DNA of 6,419 nucleotides from Candidatus Saccharimonadota bacterium. Lineage in GTDB: Bacteria; Bacteroidota; Bacteroidia; Flavobacteriales; Blattabacteriaceae. Each line of letters opens with the position of its first letter. The first letter of the stretch is position 1. The notes beneath the pieces are model-generated. The model saw nothing but the letters and a program-made list of their open reading frames with translations, searched no databases and was not told the DNA's origin. Of this stretch, positions 1 through 6,419 are shown piece by piece. The stretch spans positions 171,400 to 177,818 of the forward strand of contig CP099822.1 in the NCBI GenBank assembly GCA_029851105.1, written 5' to 3'. Position numbers and translations under genes: made by a program.

Positions 1-9
1 TTAAAATAT

Positions 10-1866
10 TTAACATTTTTTATAATTTTTAATTATTTTAATAATATCACTTTTAAATAAAGTTTTTTTATTTAATAAATTTTTACTTATTATATGTAAT
101 AATTTAATATTTTTATATAAAATTTTTTTAGCTCTTTTATATTCATAATTAATAATATTATAGATTTCTTTATCTATTTTAGAAGCTGTTTTTTCACTAT
201 ATAAATTATAATTATAATTATAATTATTATTAAAATTATTTAAATTAAAATTAAAATATGAAATATTTTTTAATGTTTTACTAAATCCATAATACATTAT
301 CATTTTAAATACTTTTTTTGTACTAATTTCTAAATCTTTTAAAGATCCTGTAGAATTATTTTTAAATATTATATTTTCTGAAGCTTTTCCACCTAATAAA
401 ATACATATTTCATTTTTTAATTGATCAAATAAAACTGTTTGGTTATCTTCTGGTAAAAAAAAAGTAGAACCTAATGAATTACCTCTAGGTATAATAGTAA
501 TTTTAACTAATGATTTAATTTTTTTATTTATTATATAATTAACTAAAGCATGACCTGATTCATGATAAGCTATTCTTTTTTTATCTTCTTTATTTAAAAG
601 ATTATTACTATGTTTAATTTTTAACCCTAAATAAATTTTATCTATAGCATTAATAAAATATTTATTATATATTTTTTTTTTTTTTTTCATTACTGCTATT
701 AAAGCAGCTTCATTACATATATTTGATATTTCTGCACCACTAATTCCTGGTGTTTGTTTAACTAAAAAATTTAAATCTAATTTTTTAGATACTTTTAATT
801 TTTTAATATATTTTTTAAAAATTTCTTTTCTTTCAAATTTATTAGGTAAAAAAATATTAATTTTTCTATCAAATCTACCTGGTCTTAATAAAGCTTTATC
901 TAAAATTTCAACTCTATTAGTAGCACCTATAACTATTACATTAGTTTTATTATTAAATCCATCCATTTCTGTTAATAATTGATTTAATGTACTTTCTCTT
1001 TCATCATTAGAATAATGATGTTTACTTCTTGATTTTCCTATAGCGTCAATTTCATCTATAAAAATAATAGAAGGTGATTTTTTTTTAGCCATTTCAAATA
1101 ATTTTCTAACTCTAGATGATCCTACTCCTACAAATACTTCTACAAAATCTGAACCTGATAAATAAAAAAATGGTACATTAGCTTCTCCAGCTACTGCTCT
1201 TGCTAACATAGTTTTACCAGTTCCTGGTGGACCTATTAATAATATTCCTTTAGGTATTTTAGCACCTAATTTAATATATTTTTTATTATTTTTTAAAAAA
1301 TTTACTATTTCTTTTAATTCTATTTTAACATAATGTAATCCAGCTATATCTTTAAATTTTATTTTAAAATTATCTTTTTTATTAAATAATTTTACATTAC
1401 TTTTATTATAACTGAAAAAGTTTGATTTTTCTTCTTTTATTATATAATAAAAGAAATTTTTAATTTTTATTAATAATAATATTATTATTATAAATAATAA
1501 TATAAGAAAAAAATTTTTTATAAAAAATTCATAAAAATTAAATTCATAATTATTATTAAATTCTATTTTAAAATTAAAATTATATTTTTTTTTTAAAAAA
1601 AATATTTTTTTTAATAATAATTTAATATTACCTATATGAGAAAAAAATTGATAATTTTTATTTAAAAAAAAAAATATATTTTTTTTTAAAAATTTATTAT
1701 ATAATTTTATATATAAAAATTTTTTATTTTTAAATATTAATTTTTCAACTTTTTTTTTTAATAAAAAATTAACAAAAAAATTATTTAAATTAATACATTT
1801 TGGTTTATATAAAAAATTTTTAATAAAAAATATTATTAAAATAATTATTGTTGAGTATAAATACAT
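10..1866 (-). CDS. ftsH: ATP-dependent zinc metalloprotease FtsH (AAA+ protease), apparently full length
   Basis: 618-aa ORF with ATG at 1866..1864 and TAA at 12..10. Walker A GPPGTGKT lies at nt 1233..1210 (aa 212-219). Walker B is IIFIDEIDA, the pore loop is FVEVFVGVG, and the second region of homology is [21 protein letters not shown]. The zinc-binding HEXXH motif HESGH lies at nt 564..550 (aa 435-439). Two hydrophobic segments (about aa 5-16 and 119-134) match the two-TM FtsH topology. The AAA core strongly resembles Bacteroidota FtsH as I recall it (LGAKIPKG..., [17 protein letters not shown]). Confidence 0.97.
   Translation of the reverse strand: MYLYSTIIILIIFFIKNFLYKPKCINLNNFFVNFLLKKKVEKLIFKNKKFLYIKLYNKFLKKNIFFFLNKNYQFFSHIGNIKLLLKKIFFLKKKYNFNFKIEFNNNYEFNFYEFFIKNFFLILLFIIIILLLIKIKNFFYYIIKEEKSNFFSYNKSNVKLFNKKDNFKIKFKDIAGLHYVKIELKEIVNFLKNNKKYIKLGAKIPKGILLIGPPGTGKTMLARAVAGEANVPFFYLSGSDFVEVFVGVGSSRVRKLFEMAKKKSPSIIFIDEIDAIGKSRSKHHYSNDERESTLNQLLTEMDGFNNKTNVIVIGATNRVEILDKALLRPGRFDRKINIFLPNKFERKEIFKKYIKKLKVSKKLDLNFLVKQTPGISGAEISNICNEAALIAVMKKKKKIYNKYFINAIDKIYLGLKIKHSNNLLNKEDKKRIAYHESGHALVNYIINKKIKSLVKITIIPRGNSLGSTFFLPEDNQTVLFDQLKNEICILLGGKASENIIFKNNSTGSLKDLEISTKKVFKMIMYYGFSKTLKNISYFNFNLNNFNNNYNYNYNLYSEKTASKIDKEIYNIINYEYKRAKKILYKNIKLLHIISKNLLNKKTLFKSDIIKIIKNYKKC
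673..687 (-). repeat. A15 homopolymer on the coding strand, in frame within ftsH (..[11 protein letters not shown]..)
   Basis: Counted directly: t8 at 673-680 plus t7 at 681-687, followed by cat (the Met codon on the minus strand). Confidence 0.95.
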
Positions 1867-1873
1867 ATTTTTT

Positions 1874-2260
1874 TTATTTTTTTTTAAAAAAACAATTTAA
1901 ACATAATTTAGGTAATTTTTTTAAAAAATTATCTATATTATAATAATATCTTATTTTTTTTAAAAAAATATTAATAATAATAAAATTATAATCTATTAAT
2001 ATCCATTCATTATTTTTAATACCTTCTATATTATATGGTCTTATATTTAAAAATTTAAATAAATATATTTCTATTTTAGAATAAATTGATTTAACATGTA
2101 AATAAGATTTACCTTCACATATTATAAAATAATTAAATAAATTATTAATATTTTTTTTATTTATATATATTATTTTAATATTTAATCCTTTTATTATTTT
2201 AATAATTTTAATAATTGTTTTTATAAAAAAAAAATTTTTTTTATTTATTTTAATTTTCAC
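1874..2260 (-). CDS. rsfS: Ribosomal silencing factor RsfS (iojap/DUF143 family), divergent
   Basis: 128-aa ORF with TAA stop at 1876..1874. The first codon at 2260..2258 is GTG (plus strand reads cac), directly preceded by an in-frame TAA at 2263..2261. The core NYFIICEGKSYLHVKSIYSKIE...IEGIKNNEWILIDYNFIIINIFLKKIRYYYNIDNFL matches the RsfS pattern DYFVICSG.S.RQV.AI...EG....W.LLDYGDVVVHIF....R..Y.LE.LW, recalled from memory. Its position directly upstream of ftsH is a common arrangement in Bacteroidota. Confidence 0.8.
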   Translation of the reverse strand: MKIKINKKNFFFIKTIIKIIKIIKGLNIKIIYINKKNINNLFNYFIICEGKSYLHVKSIYSKIEIYLFKFLNIRPYNIEGIKNNEWILIDYNFIIINIFLKKIRYYYNIDNFLKKLPKLCLNCFFKKK

Positions 2261-2276
2261 TTAAATATAATATATA

Positions 2277-5200
2277 TTATTTTTTTTTATATTTAACTTT
2301 AATTTTATTATATTTATTAAAACCTGTACCAGCAGGTATTTTTTTACCTATAATAACATTTTCTTTTAACCCTTGTAAATAATCAGTTTTAGCACTAATA
2401 GCTGATTCACTTAACACTTTAGTAGTTTCTTGAAAAGAAGCTGAAGATATAAAAGATTTATTATTTAAAGCAGATTTAGTTATACCTTGTAATATTGGTA
2501 TAGCTATAGCTGGTAATGTTTTTCTACTATATAATTTTTTTTTTTTTATTATTTTAAAAAATTCATTTTTAATTTTAAATAATTTTTTTTTTATCATTTT
2601 ATTATTATTAATTATAATTACCATATTTTTTATTTTTTTATTTTCATTTAAAAAATCTTCTTTATCTACTATATTACCTTTTATAAATTTAGTATCACCA
2701 CTATTTAATATTTTTACTTTTTTAATCATTTTACTAATAATAATTTCAAAATGTTTATTATTAATTTGTACACCTTGAGATTTATATACTTCTTGAATTT
2801 TTTTAATTAAATATTTTTGTATATTTCTAATACCTTTTATATATAAAATATCTTTTAAATTAATAACACCATCAGATAATTTACTACCATATTTTATAAA
2901 ATCATTTTCTTGTACTAAAATTTGTTTAGAAGTTTTAATAATATATTTTCTTTTAATTTTATTATTATTAGTTGATGTTATTATAATTTCAATACTATCT
3001 TTTTTTTTTCTTTTACCATAACTTACTATACCATCTATTTCAGATAAAATAGCTGAATTAGATACATTTCTAGCTTCAAATAATTCAGATAATCTAGGTA
3101 AACCTCCAGTTATATCTTTTGATTTTGAATATTTTCTTGGTATTTTTATTAATATTTTACCTTTTTTAATTTTTTCTTTATCTTTTACATTTAAATATGC
3201 ACCTATTGGTAAATTATAATTTTTTAAAATATCCCCTTTTTTATTTAAAATTTTTAAACTAGGTATAATATTTTTACTTTTATTTTCTATTATTATTTTT
3301 TCATTTAACCCAGTATTTTCATCTATATATAATTTATATGTAATATTTTTTTTTATATTACTATATTTTACTATACCATTATATTCTGATATTAATATTG
3401 AATTATATGGATCCCATTCATATATTTTATCTCCTATATTAATAATATCATTATTTTTAAAATATAAAATACTACCATAAGGTATATTATTATAATATAA
3501 TTTTTTTTTTTTATTAATATCTAAAATTTTAATTTCAGTATATCTAGATATTACTATATATTTATTTTTAATTTTTATATACTTTAAATACAATAATATT
3601 ATTATTCCTTTATATTTAGATATAAATTCTGTTTCTTCTGATATATTACTAGCAGACCCACCTACATGAAATGTTCTTAATGTTAATTGAGTCCCTGGTT
3701 CACCTATAGATTGAGCAGCTATTATACCTACTGCTTCTCCTATTCTTATTATATTACCATTAGATAAATTTGTACCATAACATTTTGAACATATACCATT
3801 TTTAGTTTCACATGTTAATGGTGAACGTATAATAATATATGATATTTTATATTTTTTAATTTTTTTAATTAATTTTTCATCTATAATTTTATTTTTTTTA
3901 ATTAAAATAATATTTTTTAAAAAAACATCAAATAAAATTATTCTACCTAATATATCACTATATAAATTTTTATTATTAATTTTAATTTTTATACCATTTA
4001 ATGTTTTACAGTCTTTTTCTTTAATAATAACATCTTGAACAGCATCAACTAATCTTCTAGTTAAATATCCTGCATCAGCTGTTTTTAAAGCTGTATCAGC
4101 TAATCCTTTTCTAGAACCATGTGTAGAAATAAAATATTCTAATGTAGATAATCCTTCTAAAAAATTAGATGTTATAGGATTTTCAATTATTTCTGTATTT
4201 AAATTAATTTTTTTAGATTTTTGTGGTTTAGCCATTAATCCTCTCATACCTGATAATTGTCTTATTTGTTCTTTAGAACTTCTAGCACCTGAATCTAATA
4301 TCATATAAATAGAATTAAATCCATTTTTTTTTTTTTTAATTTTTTTTATTACAATTTGTGTTATTTTAGATGTAGTTTTACTCCATTCATCAATTATTTT
4401 ATTATATCTCTCATTATTAGTAATTAATCCCATATTATAATATTTTAAAATTTTTTTTTTTTTTTTTATAGTTTTATTTAAAATAATTTTTTTATATTTT
4501 GGTGTTATTATATCTTTTATATTAAAAGATAATCCACCTTTAAAACAATAATAAAAACCTAATTCTTTTAAAGAATCTAAAAAATTAGATGTTGTTAATA
4601 TATCTGTATAATGTAAAATTTTACTAATAATAGGTTTAATAGATTTATTATTTATTATTTTATTAATAAATCCTATTTTTTTTTTATTAGGAATTATATT
4701 ATTAAATAATACTCTACCTACAGTAGTTTTAATTTTTTTTTTAAAATTTAAAAAATAAATTTCTTTATGTAATTTAATTTTATTTAGCTTTAAAGCTAAA
4801 TTAACTTCATTAAAAGAAGAAAATATTTTTATATTTTTATTTTTTTTTTTATTTTTTTTTGTTAAATAATATAATCCTAATATAATATCTTGAGAAGGTA
4901 TAATAATAGGAGTACCATTAGAAATATTTAAAATATTTTGAGTAGATAACATTAATAATTGAGCTTCTAATATAGATTCTATAGATAATGGTAAATGAAT
5001 AGCCATTTGATCACCATCAAAATCAGCATTAAAAGCTGAACATACTAAAGGATGTAATTTAATAGATTTACTATTTGTTAAAATAGGATAAAAAGATTGT
5101 ATACTTAATCTATGTAATGTAGGTGCTCTATTTAATAGAATTGGATGACCTTTAATTAAATTTTTTAAAATATTAAAAACAATTTTTTTTTTTTTTTTAA

Positions 5201-6419
5201 TTATTATTTTTGATTCTTTTATTGTTTTTATTATACCTCTATTAATTAATTTATTTATTATAAAAGGTTTATATAATTCTAAAGCTATTTCCTTAGGTAA
5301 TCCACATTCATGTAATTTTAATTTAGGTTCTACTACTATTACTGATCTAGCTGAATAATCTACTCTTTTACCTAATAAATTTTGTCTAAATCTACCTTGT
5401 TTACCTTTTAAAATATCAGAAAGTGATTTTAAAATTCTATTTGAATCAGATTTTACAGACAAAATTTTTCTAGAATTATCTAATAATGAATCTATAGATT
5501 CTTGTAACATACGTTTTTCATTTTTTAAAATTACATTAGGAGCTTTAATATTAATTAATTTTTTTAATCTATTATTTCTAATAATAATTTTTCTATAAAA
5601 ATCATTTAAATCTGAACTAGCATATTTACCACCTTCTAATAATACTAAAGGTCTTAAATCAGGTGGAATAACAGGTAAAATTTTAATCAACATATATATT
5701 AATTTATTTTTTTTTTGACCTTTTTTAAATAATTCTATTACATATAATCTTTTTAAAATTTCATTTTTTTTTTGGATAGATTTTTCTTTATAATATTTTT
5801 TTTTTAATTTTATATATAATTTATTAATATTAATATTTTTTAATATTTTATATATAGCTTCACCACCAGTTTTAGCTATAAATTTATCTTTATTTTTATA
5901 TTTTTTTTTATTATTATATTTTTTTATTTTTAAATATTCTTCTTCATTTATTAAATCATATTTTTTAAATTTTTTATTATTTATTTTTTTATTTTTAATT
6001 TTACCAATTTGTAATATAATATATTTATCATAATAAATTATATTTTCTATATTATTAGAAGATTTACCTATTAAATAAGAAATTTTATTAGGCAAACATC
6101 TAAAAGCCCAAATATGTACTATTGGTACACATAATTTAATATGACCTATTCTTTTTCTTCTTACACTTTTTTTAGTTATTTCAATACCACATTTATCACA
6201 AAAAATACCTTTATATCTAATATTTTTATATTTACCACATGTACATTCATAATCTTTTATAGGACCAAAAATTTTTTCACAAAATAATCCATCTTTTTCT
6301 GGTTTTTTAGTTCTATAGTTTATAGTTTCAGAATTTAATACTTCACCAAAAGATTCTTTTAATATAGATTTAGGTGAAGATAAAGTAATAGTAATTTTAT
6401 TTATTTCTTTTTTAAACAT
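2277..6419 (-). CDS. rpoC: DNA-directed RNA polymerase subunit beta'
   Basis: 1380-aa ORF with ATG at 6419..6417, exactly at the window edge, and TAA at 2279..2277. The N-terminal Zn finger has C59, C61, C74 and C77 (nt 6245..6189). The catalytic Mg motif NADFDGDQM lies at nt 5030..5004 (aa 464-472). NRAPTLHRLSIQ and the bridge helix GSRKGLADTALKTADAGYLTRRLVD are present. The second Zn cluster is KDC...SPLTCETKNGICSKCYG. Trigger-loop arms are GEPGTQLTLRTFHVGG (nt 3704..3657, aa 906-921) and ITGGLPRLSELFEAR (nt 3113..3069, aa 1103-1117). The start could lie upstream of the window, but the N-terminus aligns with the beginning of Bacteroidota beta'. Confidence 0.97.
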   Translation of the reverse strand: MFKKEINKITITLSSPKSILKESFGEVLNSETINYRTKKPEKDGLFCEKIFGPIKDYECTCGKYKNIRYKGIFCDKCGIEITKKSVRRKRIGHIKLCVPIVHIWAFRCLPNKISYLIGKSSNNIENIIYYDKYIILQIGKIKNKKINNKKFKKYDLINEEEYLKIKKYNNKKKYKNKDKFIAKTGGEAIYKILKNININKLYIKLKKKYYKEKSIQKKNEILKRLYVIELFKKGQKKNKLIYMLIKILPVIPPDLRPLVLLEGGKYASSDLNDFYRKIIIRNNRLKKLINIKAPNVILKNEKRMLQESIDSLLDNSRKILSVKSDSNRILKSLSDILKGKQGRFRQNLLGKRVDYSARSVIVVEPKLKLHECGLPKEIALELYKPFIINKLINRGIIKTIKESKIIIKKKKKIVFNILKNLIKGHPILLNRAPTLHRLSIQSFYPILTNSKSIKLHPLVCSAFNADFDGDQMAIHLPLSIESILEAQLLMLSTQNILNISNGTPIIIPSQDIILGLYYLTKKNKKKNKNIKIFSSFNEVNLALKLNKIKLHKEIYFLNFKKKIKTTVGRVLFNNIIPNKKKIGFINKIINNKSIKPIISKILHYTDILTTSNFLDSLKELGFYYCFKGGLSFNIKDIITPKYKKIILNKTIKKKKKILKYYNMGLITNNERYNKIIDEWSKTTSKITQIVIKKIKKKKNGFNSIYMILDSGARSSKEQIRQLSGMRGLMAKPQKSKKINLNTEIIENPITSNFLEGLSTLEYFISTHGSRKGLADTALKTADAGYLTRRLVDAVQDVIIKEKDCKTLNGIKIKINNKNLYSDILGRIILFDVFLKNIILIKKNKIIDEKLIKKIKKYKISYIIIRSPLTCETKNGICSKCYGTNLSNGNIIRIGEAVGIIAAQSIGEPGTQLTLRTFHVGGSASNISEETEFISKYKGIIILLYLKYIKIKNKYIVISRYTEIKILDINKKKKLYYNNIPYGSILYFKNNDIINIGDKIYEWDPYNSILISEYNGIVKYSNIKKNITYKLYIDENTGLNEKIIIENKSKNIIPSLKILNKKGDILKNYNLPIGAYLNVKDKEKIKKGKILIKIPRKYSKSKDITGGLPRLSELFEARNVSNSAILSEIDGIVSYGKRKKKDSIEIIITSTNNNKIKRKYIIKTSKQILVQENDFIKYGSKLSDGVINLKDILYIKGIRNIQKYLIKKIQEVYKSQGVQINNKHFEIIISKMIKKVKILNSGDTKFIKGNIVDKEDFLNENKKIKNMVIIINNNKMIKKKLFKIKNEFFKIIKKKKLYSRKTLPAIAIPILQGITKSALNNKSFISSASFQETTKVLSESAISAKTDYLQGLKENVIIGKKIPAGTGFNKYNKIKVKYKKK
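2535..2547 (-). repeat. A13 homopolymer on the coding strand within rpoC (..IIKKKKLYS..)
   Basis: Counted directly from the sequence. Confidence 0.95.
3501..3512 (-). repeat. A12 homopolymer on the coding strand within rpoC (..DINKKKKLYY..)
   Basis: Counted directly from the sequence. Confidence 0.95.
4324..4337 (-). repeat. A14 homopolymer on the coding strand within rpoC (..KKIKKKKNGF..), with an adjacent A8 at 4340-4347
   Basis: Counted directly from the sequence. Confidence 0.95.
4451..4467 (-). repeat. A17 homopolymer on the coding strand (T17 on plus), in frame within rpoC (..TIKKKKKIL..)
   Basis: Counted directly: 4451-4460 is t10 and 4461-4467 is t7, flanked by a at 4450 and 4468. 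Confidence 0.95.
5183..5198 (-). repeat. A16 homopolymer on the coding strand, in frame within rpoC (..IIIKKKKKIVF..)
   Basis: Counted directly: t8 at 5183-5190 plus t8 at 5191-5198. Confidence 0.95.

Noticed and set aside
205-255. A hexamer micro-repeat (attata x3 at 205-222) lies within an N/Y/F-only stretch of FtsH ([19 protein letters not shown]). It looked like a microsatellite or a novel insertion.
   Set aside because: It is in frame and occupies the position and approximate length of the normally variable linker before the conserved ..YSE.TA..ID.E.. segment of FtsH (here [13 protein letters not shown]). It is best explained as AT-driven drift of a tolerant linker. It is too short and too few in copies to be a meaningful repeat array.
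1360-1866. The extremely low-complexity 5' third of ftsH. I considered that it might be non-coding spacer, a pseudogenised remnant, or separate small ORFs, with the real ftsH starting later.
   Set aside because: There is no alternative ATG before the Walker A region. The frame stays open for about 170 codons in DNA where stops should be very frequent. Two TM-like hydrophobic segments sit where FtsH topology requires them.
1893-1900. The minus-strand sequence TTAAATTG lies about 30 nt upstream of the ftsH ATG. I considered it as a Bacteroidota -7 promoter element (TAnnTTTG).
   Set aside because: It does not match the consensus at the critical TTTG positions, and I found no accompanying -33 TTTG. 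AT-rich near-matches are abundant by chance here.
2225-2242. An A10 T8 junction (aaaaaaaaaatttttttt), self-complementary, near the 5' end of rsfS. I considered it as a hairpin, terminator or regulatory element. A similar T10 A8 .. T8 pattern occurs at 1585-1612.
   Set aside because: It has no loop and only A:U pairs, so any structure would be very weak. It is read in frame as KKNFFF. Such A-run/T-run junctions are expected by chance at this composition.
1-6419. Possible hidden genes on the plus strand, small RNAs or tRNAs, CRISPR repeats, IS or transposon ends, or a defence or toxin-antitoxin module.
   Set aside because: The ORF track shows no plus-strand ORF. Non-coding space totals about 32 nt (1-9, 1867-1873, 2261-2276), too little for any RNA gene. 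Local GC-richer patches all coincide with conserved protein motifs. I found no direct or inverted repeats beyond low-complexity A/T runs.
6417-6419. rpoC begins exactly at the window edge, so I considered that the gene is truncated or that the true start lies upstream.
   Set aside because: This cannot be fully excluded. However, MFKKEINKITITLSSPKSIL aligns with the very N-terminus of Bacteroidota beta' (..KITIGLASPEEIL..), so ATG at 6419..6417 is a plausible genuine start. It is kept as a caveat rather than a finding.

Overview
This window is extremely AT-rich (roughly 85% A+T by eye, not computed). It is almost entirely filled by three housekeeping genes on the minus strand, in transcription order rpoC (RNA polymerase beta' subunit, 1380 aa, 6419..2277), rsfS (iojap-type ribosomal silencing factor, 128 aa, 2260..1874) and ftsH (AAA+ zinc metalloprotease, 618 aa, 1866..10). 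Spacers are only 16 nt and 7 nt, and all three stops are TAA. All catalytic motifs I could check are intact: beta' NADFDGDQM, both Zn-binding Cys clusters, bridge helix and trigger loop; FtsH Walker A/B, SRH and HESGH. Sequence signatures resemble Bacteroidota (Flavobacteriales-type) orthologues, so the source is most likely a tiny-genome insect endosymbiont. I find no evidence for a mobile element, CRISPR array, defence system, RNA gene or any unexplained ORF. There is essentially no non-coding space, and no plus-strand ORF appears in the supplied track. My assessment is that this is an ordinary core-genome region of a very unusual genome, not a novel system. The points worth a second look are by-products of genome reduction. 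They are very long in-frame poly(A) tracts (up to A17) inside essential genes, a GTG-initiated rsfS with no ATG anywhere in its frame, near-zero intergenic spacing without Shine-Dalgarno sequences, and a compositionally degenerate but still open FtsH N-terminal membrane/periplasmic module.
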